From contig CM126219.1 of NCBI GenBank assembly GCA_052327205.1, forward strand, positions 64,852,001-64,916,000: a DNA stretch of 64,000 nt. Direction: 5' to 3'. A program made the position numbers and the translations under genes. This DNA comes from Somniosus microcephalus. Its lineage: Eukaryota. Under the pieces are notes generated by a model, which did not search any database, was not told the DNA's origin, and saw only the letters and a program-made list of their open reading frames with translations. Positions 12,626 through 24,910 of the stretch are shown in pieces. Every line of letters begins with the position of its first letter. Position 1 is the stretch's first letter.

Positions 12626-14572
12626 GCCAATCAGCACCTAACATGGCAACATGAACACCAATCACAGTCCTTGCAGCAGGCTGTTCCTGGAAACTCTCCA
12701 GCACATCTGTGTCCTGTTTAAACAACTTTTCCTGGATGAATTTAAGCAGCGTTAACTTTAATTCACTGTATAAAGGACAGTTACTGAGAACCCCAGCAGA
12801 AATTGAACTGCTCGGTGTTCAGACAGTTAAAAAAAAATCAGATGTTGCTCTGAGCTCACCATGTAGCCAGGAATCAATGTTGTGGTGGAATCAGTTAAAA
12901 GGAATAAGTGTATATTGTGCTGAATTCTCATTAATTGGAAAGGAGCAAGATGAAACACATTCTCCTGCACCCACCTCCATGACAGACACAACACAACCGT
13001 GAACCCTTATTCACTGAAATGGAAATATATACAGAGGCCAATAGGCTTCTGCGCTACAGCGACTGTCCATTTGCCCCTGGTGCACATGCAATTCAGTCAG
13101 ACATGATACTATTATCTTGTTCTCAGCCTTCTATATCAAGTGAGTTTCACTGGGCATCCTCATCAATCCCGTTCCCATGGATGTTGGAGGACTTCACCAT
13201 TAACCAGCCCTCATGATTGGCAGAATTGGTGCCAGTGGGAGAGCACCAATCAGGGAGACCCAGATGGGTGGGAGCCAGGAAGGTCTCACCATCAATATTA
13301 CGGAGCCTGGACACAACAGCAGGACCACAGGAACAGGAGCAGGCCACTGAAGTAGCTCGCAGCTGATCTGTATCTCAACTCCATTTAGCCGCCTTACAGT
13401 GCTGGGGGTGGGAGGTCTGCGTTCCAGTTAGTCTGTGCCCTGCAGAGACTGAGGTTTAGGTGCATGGGTTACGCAGAGGAGCAAGTTCTGGGTCTTAACT
13501 CAGGCTGTAATTGACCCAATACACAGGTCAAACCCCACTGAAGTAAATCCATGCACGGATTCTTCACTGTAATGTGAAACGAACTCGGAGAAATTCTGAT
13601 TTAAACTGAAGAATTTTGTAACAGAAGTCTACGCCAGGGTTATTTACGATCACATTGCTTCTCCCAGTCCCATTCAATGAGTCTATACCCACTGAGCTTC
13701 CAAATGCCATTGGGTTGGCTTGTGGGACCCTATCACAAAATTCTACAGCAACAGAAACCATTTGTTCAGGAGCCGGATTATGCTCCCAATTTGGTTTCCA
13801 CACGTGAAAAGAATCTGAGATGCAGGAAAGTTATTCTAAATGGTCAGAAGCGAACAGCAAAATCAATATTTTCAGGCTCTTATTTCAAGAGTCTTAGCAG
13901 TGGATTGTACCAAACTAAATGTTTTTGTTAAAGAAAATTAAACGACAGAGCTTCTGTCACACTGTCGGGGAGGCCGGGCTGCAGATGGTTTGGGTGGAGC
14001 AGATCACTGCAAGTTCCCTACAATCTACAGCCACAAACCGAATTTCCAGGCAGCCAACTCGATCATGTGTCCACCACTGCAACTGATCTGGGGGAAGGCG
14101 GGACCAGGCTCCCCGGCTTTTAAAGGCCTTTCCTCTTCTATTCCCCCCTCCCACAACCGTTTTCTTTAACGCTTCCTCTCTTCAAGCTGCCAACCCAACC
14201 ATTCTTCTCTGAGATACAGGCATTGCCCATCCAAGTGGCAATCATTTGCACATGATCCTGGGAAAACTTTCTGACTGAGGAGCCTCTGCTTTTCTTATTC
14301 TTGCCAATCTTCTCCCCTTCCCTCCTGACTGGGCTGTAGTTCCATAGGCATCTTGTCCAGTGACCATACTTCATGTGTGTGCCTTGATTCAGTGCCAGTG
14401 GCGATTTGATTGCTGGGGCCACCACAGCCAAACTGGATCTTGCCCTCCCCCAAAATCTGCTGCCCAGCAGGACTCACTGGTGGCGATCAGGATTGGGAAC
14501 CTTTGGCACATCCCTGCTCCCTAACTCAGGTTGTCACTCCCAGCTGAGATCAGCTAATCTCAGCATATCGAA

Positions 14573-14975
14573 TGGGGTTGGGTCTGGGGGGGGGCGGGGG
14601 AGGTTGGGTCGGGGCATGGGGTTGGGGCGGGGGGGGGGAGATTGGGTCAGGGGGAGGGCGTTGGATCCGGGGGGATTGGGTTGCGGGGGGCTGAGGTCGG
14701 GAGGTTGCTGTTGGGTCCGGTGGGGGGGGGGTTAATTGGGTCAGGGGGAGGGTGTTGGATCTGGGGGGATTGGGTTGAGAAGGGGTGGGGCTGGGGTCAG
14801 GGGGTCAGGCGCGAGGTCGGGGGAATGGTGTTTGGTTTGTGGTGGGGGGGGGGGGGGAGGGGACTGGGGTCAGGTGCGGGGTCGGGGGAATGGTGTTTGG
14901 TCCGGGGGTCAGGGTGGGGGAGAGATTGGGTCGGGGTGAGAGTGTTGAATCAGGGTCGGGGTGAGATGGGGGCCA
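14573..14975 (+). repeat. G-rich low-complexity tract with G-quadruplex potential
   Basis: Dozens of runs of three or more G, with short internal duplications. Confidence 0.8.
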
Positions 14976-15583
14976 CTGCCGAAGGGGAATGAATCACTGC
15001 TCGGTGGACGAATGTTGGGGAAAAATGAACCACGTTAATAATGGTATGGAACATTTAAATTGTTAATATTTTCTAAAGACCGAAGCCTCACCTTCAGCAA
15101 GACATTTGGCACAGTGTCACAGGCTTAAACAAACGTGACAAAGGGCTGAGTGCTCTAAATGGGTAAATCCTATTAGAGCGCCACCTGCAGGCGTCAGCAG
15201 ATAATACAAGTGTAACAAGGTGTGGACACAATTTTCATGGAAACCTCCATGAGTGATGCTGGCAGGTGACAGAAGTTACTCATTTTAATATATAGCTATT
15301 ACAGCACAAGAATAAAAATACAAACTCTAGAAGCTCTTCTTCCTCCACCAAACACAAAGCCAATGCGATACTTTACACTGTCAACAGGGGCAAGCAGGAA
15401 ATTCTGCACCTTCCCCAGTATCGTACCATCATTGCTCAGCTTGGGTTGGTGGGGTCAGAGGGAGGGGGAGGTGGGGATGTCGAAGGGTAGAAAGCGCAGC
15501 ACAGGGTACAAACACAGGAACAATATACACCAGTGGCGCTCATAATGCAGCCCAGGGCCAGTTACAGCTCACGTCTTCCTCAC

Positions 15584-15658
15584 CTGTGGCCCTCATCGGA
15601 TGTGCTGCTCCATGTGTCTCTGGGCCTCCATCCACAGCCTGCCAGCTCTGTGATGTTG
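15584..15658 (-). CDS. Candidate alternative TEAD cassette exon: (D)NITELAGCGWRPRDTWSSTSDEGH(S/R)
   Basis: 75 nt, phase 2-2, open in the frame set by the 44-nt exon. Long U/C tract before gccAG, donor CAG|GTGAGG. No recognised homology. Confidence 0.45.
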
Positions 15659-16355
15659 CTGGCGCCAGATATATAGAGAAAAAATATAGAGCGAGAAAAA
15701 GACGTTGACCCAAAATAAGTGATCGGTATCATTTCAATAACACCAGTTATCCCAGTCTTCTCTCCCTTCCCCCCCAACCCCTTCCTGACCCCCAACACAT
15801 GACCACACCATGAAAAGACGGGCGCCTCAATGAAGCTGCTCTTTTTTTAAAAAGAAGCACTCAACCTTTTGTTTCGCTTGGAACAGAATACATTTCTGTT
15901 TTGTTACGGTTTTAAACAAAATGAAAAGGTATTAACAAGCACTCAATGTGAAACGGATTCAGTGTTAATTGGCAGATCCAACCCGGCCGCACCCAGAATT
16001 TGGGGTCCGTCAAGGTCTTCTGCATGACCAAAACAACCAGCCGAAGGGTTTAACCCTACGAACCTTGCGTAAGTGCCGCAGAACGAAGATTACACCGTTT
16101 GAAGTTCTTTGTGAATGGCACCGTTGACAAGATCAATGTTTGGGTTGAACCCAGCGGTATCTTGGACCGGTCCCATTACTGTTAGCAAGGGCTCAGAACC
16201 AGCAGAGCTGTTATTGGAAATAATCACTCATCCCCCCGCAATCAGCAGGACATTCACCTTTAATTCAGATCAACTGCACACTTGGATCTAAGCCAGGTGA
16301 ACAATGTTATTGGTAACAGAGTTTTAGGTTGCTAGGATACCACACAGATACTTAC

Positions 16356-16399
16356 TCTTGAGAGGACCCAGGCTGTCCAGGAAGAGGACCAGGCCAAAA
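16356..16399 (-). CDS. TEAD3: TEAD exon, proline-rich region: FWPGPLPGQPGSSQ(D)
   Basis: 44 nt, phase 0 to 2. Acceptor ttttattgttgcAG, donor GTAAGT. Matches the FW...GQPGxSQD exon of TEADs. Confidence 0.93.
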
Positions 16400-16584
16400 C
16401 TGCAACAATAAAAAAAAATAAAGATTTCACGATTAATAAAAAATCATGCCCAATCCTATGAAGCACCAGGTTTTTTCTAGTTTTATGTTAGATAGATTGC
16501 TTTCAGAAAATAACACTTTGGCATACAGTACATGAGTAATTTAAGACATGACTTGTAAGTGTAGCGTGTCTGGGATGTTAAAGG

Positions 16585-16790
16585 TGACTTTGGGCCTCTG
16601 GTTCCCAAAGCTCTCCAACCACTGGGGGTTTCCTCGTGTCATGTCTGGTCTGTTGTAGACTCATTGATAGACATGGATTGCTGTGATTAGTCAACAACTC
16701 CATTATCGTTGGCTGGTAGACGGCGAACTAGACGGACCGTGGTCTTTCTTCTCCCCCGCCCCCCCCCTCGAGCAATTTCTATGTTCTTAT
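16585..16790 (+). mobile_element. LINE (CR1-group) 3' UTR fragment
   Basis: Reverse-complement similarity to the LINE 3' ends at 61795-61980 and 62320-62510. Confidence 0.55.
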
Positions 16791-17882
16791 GAAGAAAGCA
16801 GCTAGACTTGCCAGTCTAGAGTGCCGCCTGAATTCTTCATTAGAAGCATCCAGTTCACCAACTTGACATCCGCCCCGCTGTTCAAACCATTAAAGTTCTG
16901 CTCTCTCCAGTTGGTTCAGGGGATAACTACACCACACGGTCTACAACAGAGCCACACAAGCCAGGAAAGTACCAGGCTCAATATCGGATCCATTTTAAGT
17001 CAGTCAGTTAATCTCAACTGGGATGGCACTGCTACAGTTTGACCCAGGCCGGGAAAGCAGGGCAAAGTAAAAATGAACTCGAGTTTCTGTTCCCAATCGC
17101 TATCCACTGGCCTAATACTGGACAACAAGATTATGGAACTGCAGGTGAGGGCGACATGGGGCTTGGCTGTGATGGGCGTACAACATGCACTATCCAGGCT
17201 CACATATGCTCACATGGAAAGGGTTCTGAAATGCTATGGGCACCTGTACCTCCGCAGGGAGCACCTTCAGGAGCGAGAGGGAAATCAAAAGGGAAAGATA
17301 GAAGATTTCTGCTATAATCCAACCTCAATACTCTCTGTGCAAAGTTCCTTGTATTAATGAGTAATAAACAGCCTGATGGGCAGATTCATACCATACTTTC
17401 AGCCAATTGTCATGATCTTGGTTGAGTTTTACCCAACAGCAATTAAGTACAGCCGGTTAAGCCACAGCTATTTAGTGACATTAGATTGGGAGATTCTCAG
17501 AAGATGTGTGGCTGGTGACAATCCTTTTACAAAACGAGGTAACTGATTAGTGGCAGAAGGGTTGCAGATATAGTCTGATCCTAGAGGAGTAGGAGGAGGA
17601 ATAGTCTATTAAGAAAGTAGGGGAGGGGGAACTGAATTCTAGTCCATCGCATTCAGAAAGTTGTGGATCTAAAAGTTAGCAAGTGGAAATGGGCGGGGGC
17701 AGGATTAAGGGGTCTTTGTCCAAAGCAGGAGATTAGTGTGTGTTATAAATAGTGTGAGACTATAATGTTTCATTTTTACAAGATCCTGTGGCTCTGATCA
17801 GAACTTATAGTTTTCTTCTGACAGAGTTCCGCAGATCATGAGCTAATATTTTTATCCCATTTCTCTCTTGAAGATGTTGACT

Positions 17883-18231
17883 TAGGGTCGTTGCCAAACC
17901 TCCAGGATTTTCCTGGGGACTCCAGGAATTGAAGATTAATCTCCAGGGTAATGCTGCGAGCAACCCAGGAGAAACGTCACTGGGGGCAGTAAAAAAAATT
18001 GTACGTTTTTTTCATTTTCTTTGAAAACTTTCATTTATTAGTTATAAAAATATTGTATATGGGAAACCAGCTGTTTGACTAACGGTCAAGAATCATCCCA
18101 TCATTAACGAAGGACCTCATTCCTTTCCAGTTGCAGTGGGAAGGCAATGCGCCTCGAGGATGGAGCGTGGGGGTGGGGCAGTGAGGTGATGAAAGCTCCT
18201 GGAATACTTCCAAGCAGAGTTGGCAACCCTA
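17883..18231. mobile_element. hAT-type MITE
   Basis: Termini TAGGGT(CG)TTGCCAA...TTGGCAACCCTA, degenerate 8-bp TSD (tgttgact/cgttgagt). Same family as 50038-50389. Confidence 0.7.
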
Positions 18232-18877
18232 CGTTGAGTCCTTTCGGGATCTGATGCCTCACCCCAAGTGATCTTTCTTCCCGTGCGAGACCAGACAGCG
18301 AGCGGCATCAGACTTCGCCAGACGTCTAGCAACTGGGAATTGGCATCCTAAAGATTCTTTTGCTCCTTCCCTGTCCCAGAAGCGCCGAGACCCACTTTAG
18401 CCCTGCTGTCTTTGCACTAGCTGCTATCAGTTAACTCACAGCACAGGCTGGGAATCCTTTCTAATCTGTATGGCTCTGCTATTCATGGTCTTGGCCAGCT
18501 GGGCCATCAGGGAGCCCTATGACCTCCTCACAACACAAACAATGATTTTTTTGAACAGGTTTATGGCTGTGTCATAGACCATTAAAGCATTGCACAGTGC
18601 TGGCAGACCAATTCGTTGCTATATTGCATTTACTGTCACAGCTGAGCATGCACTGGGGGCAATGTGTGTTTAAGGAACAATTCATTTGGTCAGAATTCCT
18701 CAGGTTTGGTTGGGCTTGGGAGGGGTGATGACAAGCAACCCTACCTACAATGACCACAATGAGTTTGAAAGAGATACAACATAATAACATGCAAACTATT
18801 CTCAGTTCAGGACTATTTGTGGTAATGCTGGCTGACACCTGATCTCGCAATCTTTGTGATTGCAGAATTTGGCCATA

Positions 18878-19608
18878 GAAAGAAAGAAAGACTTGCATTT
18901 ATATCGCGCCTTTCACGACCTCAGGATGACCCAAAGCACTTTACAGCCAATGGAAGTACAGTAATCCCTCCCCAACCGCGGGGGATACGTCCCTGGAAAT
19001 CCCCGTGGTTAGTAAAACCGCGGTTGGCAAATACAGTATAAATGTTCAAATAACACAATAAAAAAGAATATCAAAGCAATAAAAACATGTTATTTACTGT
19101 ACCTTAATCCTAAATTAAAAACCACGTATACGCAAAATTCATTGCCGCGGTTGGCAAAAGTTGTCGCAGAGAGGAAACCGTGTATACTTGAAATCCACGT
19201 GTGGCAAAACCGCAGTTGGGGCGGGATTCCTGTACTTTTTGAAGTGTAAACACAGTTGTAATGTAGGAAACGTGGCAGCCAATTTAGCACACAGATTATC
19301 TGGTGTGATAGTGACCAGATAATCTGTTCGTAGCTGTTGGATGAGGGATAAATGTTGGCCAGGACACCGGGGAGAACTGCCCTGCTCTTCTTCGAAATAG
19401 AGCCATCGGACCTTTTACATCCACCCGAGGGAGCAGACAGGGCCTCGTCTAACGTCTCATCCAAAAGACGGCACCTCCAGTAGTGTAGCACTCCCTCAGC
19501 ACTGCACTGGAGTGTCAGCTTAGGTTGTGTGCTCAAGTCCCTGGAGTGGAGCTTGAACCCACAACCTTAGGAAGCGAGAGTGCTGCCCACTGAGCCACAG
19601 CTGACACC
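18878..19608 (-). mobile_element. tRNA-derived Deu-domain SINE (SacSINE1/AmnSINE-like), interrupted by a MITE
   Basis: L2-like tail (ttgcatttata..gcgcc), central Deu-like domain, and tRNA head (ggctcagtgggcagcactctcgc on the minus strand). Confidence 0.8.
18959..19232. mobile_element. Tc1/mariner-Tigger-type MITE nested in the SINE
   Basis: TA TSD. Imperfect TIRs CAGTAATCCCTCCCCAACCGCGG / CCGCAGTTGGGGCGGGATTCCTG. Confidence 0.85.
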
Positions 19609-19668
19609 CAAGGGTCCCACAGTAGTCAGCAGGGGGTAAAAGAAGGATTTGGGCCAACCCACCACATA

Positions 19669-20007
19669 CAGGAAACTCTCGTTTAAACGGCACCTAAATA
19701 TCCGGAATTCTCTATTAACCGGCAAAATTCTCACTCCGAAAACAACACCTCAATAACCGGCAATGTTGCCGAGTCCGAGTCTCCCGCGGTGGCCGAGTTA
19801 GTCAGTGGGGGTAGTTCTCCAAACTGCCACTACTCGGCTTCTTGGCGCTGTCGGAAGTCCAATGACTGTATACTGCACATTTCTTGATTTTTTTTATTTT
19901 TGTTTGTTAAAAATAGCCTCGGTAGATAACCCTCTCCGTCATCCGGAATTTTTAATCAACCGGCAACACGCTGGTCCCGTCGCTGCCGGATACCAAAGAG
20001 TTTCCTG
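19669..20007. mobile_element. Tc1/mariner-Tigger-type MITE
   Basis: TA TSD, TIR CAGGAAACTCT...AGAGTTTCCTG. Lies 60 bp from a TEAD splice donor. Confidence 0.85.
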
Positions 20008-20067
20008 TACCTGGCTCAGTGGCAGCACATGTTAACATACAGCAGTAAGCAATTAAAAGGCTCTTAC

Positions 20068-20202
20068 CCTGGCTGTCCCTGGATAGGGGGCTTGTGGGAT
20101 TGGTGTTATCCCCAACTTGTTCTGCATTGCAGTCGCTGAAACGATCTGTGCTGAAGACATGGCGGCCATATTCTGCAGGGCTTTGTCTTTTGAGGCTTGA
20201 TC
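20068..20202 (-). CDS. TEAD3: TEAD exon: DQASKDKALQNMAAMSSAQIVSATAMQNKLGITPIPQAPYPGTAR
   Basis: 135 nt, phase 0-0. Acceptor atttcaaAG, donor GTaaga. Carries the conserved KDKALQxMAxMSSAQIVSA motif. Confidence 0.96.
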
Positions 20203-21011
20203 CTTTGAAATTAAAGAAAGATGGATTAGCAACAGTGTGGAATGACAGATGGAGGGAAAGAAGAACATGGGCAGTGAAGCTGAAGATAAGCAAAGGTGTC
20301 AGAACATTGACGATGAATAAGACTGGTTAAAGCAGCCATGTTATCTTGCACAAAGGTTAATTAGTGGCTGTGTTCATTTCCTCTACGTGATGATATCATT
20401 CAAATACATCACATCACCCAGACCCCAACAGAATCAATCTGGGTCAAGCTATCAGGAGACTGTTTCTCTGATGCCACCTTTCTAAAAATAAGGCTCATTT
20501 TTATGTTGATCAACCATTGGGGCAGCACAGTGGGAAAGACACCAATGTGTTGTTCCACACTATGGTGGAGCAAGGGCTCGTGTTTGATTCATGACCTTAA
20601 TTGTACCATTGTGAGCCGGGGAAGGAGGGGAAATATCATCATCTCGGGATCTTCCCATATATTTTTGGCAGTGACCAGTCAATCCCACCGGTGCATCGGC
20701 AGATCTTTGATATCAGCTCTCCAGCCTGCCCTGTCACACAGGAAGGCATGGTGCAGAGAGACTTTGGGCAGTGAAAAGAAGTGCCAAAATAAAATGAAAA
20801 GAGATCGCCTCTCATAAACTCTGTTAACTGCATGGTTTAAACCCTCTAAAAAACAAAACAATTACAGTCTGTAAAGTGCGCGCGAGTTCCTGCACCTCAG
20901 GTGGATGGAGGTACTGTCCCTCCATTGCAAGACAACACAGCCCCTTTAACAGCTTATTTTGTGATGGATCCTCCATGCTGTGACGGCATGTGGTTGCTCA
21001 GTTCTGCACTT

Positions 21012-21276
21012 GGGCCCCAATTTTAACTCCAGGTGGATTCCCCGCTCAGGCCCGAGTTAAAATTACAGTCGGGTCTCAATGATGTCATCGGGCCGCAACA
21101 TGCATAGGTAAAGAAGGACCCCGTTGGCTCCGGGTGTGTGTCCTTGCTGCCCGCTCAGGAGAGCAGGTTAAAATTGCAGATGTTGCGATCATGCTTTCGG
21201 ACAGGTACAAGCCGGGGCAATTTTAAATGCCCACCCGCCAGGCTTCTGCTGAGCGAGTAGGGTTAAAATCGCCCCC
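21012..21276. mobile_element. Probable Harbinger-type MITE
   Basis: Termini gggccccaattttaac...gttaaaatcgccccc, with internal inverted aattttaa/ttaaaatt motifs. Confidence 0.5.
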
Positions 21277-21789
21277 TTGGTTTTGAAATGGCCCTGAACA
21301 TTACAGCCAGCAGCAACTGGTCAGGAAAGGTTTCCTCACATCCCCCTCCCTGTTACTGCGGAGTGTTCCACCACTTGCAGGAAAACCAACTTATGGCAAT
21401 TATGATTCTCAAGTGTGTTGAGTGCCCTCAATTCCCACACAAGGCAAAAACACCAACACGGAGTCACATCATGGAGCACAGTAGCGATGAGGCAAATCGT
21501 GGCGGCGTAATGGGTGGTGAAGGGGCACGTTAGTTATTGCATGAGTTTGGAAGGCCCGAAGACATGCGAGTTAAAGCCTTGGGGAGTTGTTGATGATCTT
21601 ATTTGGGTGGCAGAACTATCTTCTAATGAATGTGACGCTGATGCCACATCCACAAAGTACTGCAGGGGGGTGACATAATTGAGAACAGAAGCCACAGTAA
21701 AATTCAGTGACACCATCAGGAATAGTTTGCCATATACCTACATGGTTTGCATTTAAATTATTATAAGGAGGTTTAATTATTGCTTACAC

Positions 21790-22086
21790 TCACAGTCTAA
21801 AGATAAGGGGGAAGCCATTTAGGACAGAGATGAGGAGGAATTTCTTCACCCAGAGAGTGGTGAACCTGTGGAATTCTCTACCACAGAAGGCAGTGGAGGC
21901 CAATTCATTAAATATATTCAAGAAGGAGTTGGATATATTTCTTAAGGCTAAAAGGATCAAGGGATATGGGGAGAAGGCAGGGACAGGGTACTGAATTTGG
22001 ATGATCAGCCATGATCTCATTGAGTGGCGGAGCAGGCTCGAGGGGCCGAATGGCCTACTCCTGCTCCTATCTTCTATGTTTCTATG
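21790..22086 (+). mobile_element. CR1 (HER1-like) LINE 3' end
   Basis: HSLKIRGKPFRTEMRRNFFTQRVVNLWNSLP.., followed by a 3' hairpin and a (TTCTATGT)n tail. Confidence 0.92.
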
Positions 22087-22985
22087 GTATGAACTGCATG
22101 AGGAACTGTGATATATAGTTTATATCCCATGAATGGCACTGGCCACATCTCACAAATGAGTTAATCAATTCACTCATAGGATAGAAACTGTATCCCATGG
22201 TTCATCTAGTATCCTCTAATATCACAAATATTGGAGCCTTCACACCTCATGATCGGCAGATGCCGGGAGGGGGAGAGGAGAGGGGCACTGGTAAAGGTAT
22301 TACAAGTATAGTGAGGTGTGCATCCCAAGGTTCCTGCTGGTGCGTCAGGTTTGTGCAACATTTTAAAGGTTAGCTGTTGCTTAGAAGTGTTTTGAAGGCA
22401 CATCATTGGGATGAGTTTGAACATCCCAAGACTTGGGTTCAATCCAGCACAGGCTGATGCTCTTTATGAAATGGCTTTGAAGCATTCTCAACCCAGTCGC
22501 CAGTGAGCACAAGTCCACATCACTGCCCCTCTCACTTCGAGAGGCGACAAGGATAGCCAGCACGGGGAGAGAAGTGTCCCACTGGGGCAGTAAGGGGTGG
22601 GCTTCTAAGGCTGGAGTTGGAGCGTCTGGAGGCAGTTTTACCCAACTCGGCTACACTTGACCCGGGAGTGCTGATACTTGAGCTTCCAAAATAGAAAAAA
22701 AGTGTTCCATTCTCCACAGCTGAGTACCTTCACCTCACAGTGTACAAAAGTAAGAGGAAAAATGACTTTGAAAATCAATATGAAAGGAGAAGTGAGGAAA
22801 GTTCTAACTTAAGTTAGAGTAAAGAACTATTTTCACCGTGGACTGCCATAGCAGAGAACGTGCAAGAGTATTTACGATACAATACCAACTGGTACGGGAA
22901 CTCTGGTCAAGAACTAGCCTCAGCATACAACAGTACTCATCACATATAGAGAGAAAATCCCACTGTTAAATCTCTAACTTCTTCC

Positions 22986-23090
22986 AGTTCTGACGAAAGG
23001 TCATCAACCTGAAACGTTAACTCGGGTTCTCTCTCTACAGATGCTGCCTGACCGGCTGAGTATTTCCAGCATTTCCTATTTTTATTTTAT
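22986..23090 (+). ncRNA. Minimal type I hammerhead ribozyme motif in a Penelope-like repeat terminus (copy 1; core 22986-23022)
   Basis: agtt-CTGACGA-a-AGGT(catca)ACCT-GAAA-CG-TT-aact. Confidence 0.7.
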
Positions 23091-24326
23091 CACCAAAACC
23101 TCATCCCTGCTCTCAGCCGACCTCCTGTACAGTGAGTTGTTGAAACTAGCTGGGAGTTAGCACCCTGATTTCTGAATTTCCTAGTGGGTAGTCAGAATCT
23201 GCAGCTATTTCTACTGCACAATACCTAATAAAATAAAAGAGTGCAGACTGTTGGAGACTGGAGTTAAGGGAAAATATGGAACCATAGCTCACCTCTACAG
23301 TCAACATGTTCTTAATTTAACATTTTTTAATTTATAGAAGCAAAGAGTCCCAAGAACGTTTAAGGTTAATTCAGTCCTGGGGTTCTGCGATCACTCTTGC
23401 AGCACACAATCTGATAAAAGCTTTGACACCCAACTATCTCTCCCAGAGATCTATCACTCCAGGGTCGGTCACAGCTCTCCTCCCTGCCCCCTGCAGTTGA
23501 ACCTTGGTTTCAACTGATGATTGATCATTCTAGCCTGTTACCTTATGACAGTGAGACCGGACTGCACCACACTGATGGGGACTTTTCAGCTCTGCCTGAA
23601 ATGAAAGATCTCAGCAAGGAAATCTAGTACTGAACGTAGGAAAATTCAATTGAAGAACGTAGGACTGTTGGGTAATGGACAACCAAACCTTAGACTGGCA
23701 AGAGCCTCATAAAGACGGGAGGATTTGTTAAATAACTTGATTGGTAAATCTATCTATTGCCTAATGGGTAAGCAAGTCATAACAACCAGGATATGGTCCT
23801 ATGTTCAATTGCTAATCTCAGGTGAATAGATATAGGGATGCTAAACTCCTAGGCCTGAGTTACTTTAGTAGAGCACCTCCTACAGTACCAGTGTGCTCTT
23901 TCTGATGGGGTGATTAAACAAATGGACTGTAACTAAAATATCATGAAATAAAACTTAACAAATTTAATTAAAATTTGATTGGCCGGGGTGATGATGCACT
24001 CCAGTCCCCGCAGCGCCACAGTACTGTAACATTTGCATGTTGAATTGTCATTGGCCTGCAGGCATCTGTAGGGAATACCTATTATATTCACATGTGATCA
24101 CATGCTGAGTTGTCATTGGCCTGCAGGCATCTGTAAGGACTGCTATTGTTTAGAAGACCCAGGGTCCTGACTCCATCTTGTCTACACAGTGCTGTACTGC
24201 TGTGAGTCAGATCAGACCTGATGCTTCATTAAAAGAGTTTAAACTGTAATACGCCGTTGTCCTGCAATTTATTATTTTTGTACAAAGTGTGCAAAACAAG
24301 ACATGGTGTCAGAAGTGGGATTTGAA

Positions 24327-24910
24327 ATGGACATCGTTGGAGCTCCCTTACCCCGAATGAATTGGGAATCTTTGAACTTACATAGAGAATGGCGCAAGTT
24401 CAAGCAACACGCGGAGGTAATGTTCTCGGGTCCGCTGAAAAGCAAAGGGGAGGAAGAAAGATGCAGCTACCTACTCTTGTGGATTGGAGAAAAAGGGAGA
24501 GACATTTTTAACACATGGTCTCTCACTGCAGATGAAGCAAAGGTACTGAAAAGTTATTTTGACTGTTTTGAAGCATATGTGATGCCCAAGACAAATATGA
24601 TATTCGCTAGGTACAAGTTTCAGGAGAAAGTACAAGGAGCTAGTGAGTCGTTTGAACAGTTCGTGACTGAGTTAAAACTGCTGGTAAAAGTCTGTGAATA
24701 TGCAGATAAAGATGAGATGGTCAGAGACCGCATCGTGTTTGGAATATATTCAGCTAAAGTGAGAGAGAAACTTTTGAATGTTGGGTCCGGGCTAATGCTG
24801 GACAAAGCTATAGACATAGCTAGATCGCACAAGATAACCAAAGCACAGTTGAAAACCATAACCGGTGCCACGAGCAGCTCGAGTGAACAGACAGTGCACG
24901 CAGTTCATCG
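24327..24910 (+). pseudogene. Gypsy gag (capsid-like), truncated by a deletion
   Basis: W..FKQ...YLLLWIGEKGRDIFNTW...ARYKF..Q...ESFEQFVTELKLL..CEY...VRDRIVFG. Confidence 0.85.

Noticed and set aside
6137-12721. Very long repetitive ORFs (up to 1181 aa; SPNTADTDPNQ / LGSVSAVLGDLW / TLTPTKGHLTQ) as a mucin-like or membrane protein
   Set aside because: These are artefacts of a 36-bp unit that lacks stops in several frames. The frames are broken by 37-bp units and by TAG/TGA variants, there is no unique domain, and the array is intronic in TEAD.
13677-13931. QKPFVQ peptide resembling TEAD VKPFVQ
   Set aside because: Wrong strand relative to the gene and no suitable splice sites. Coincidental.
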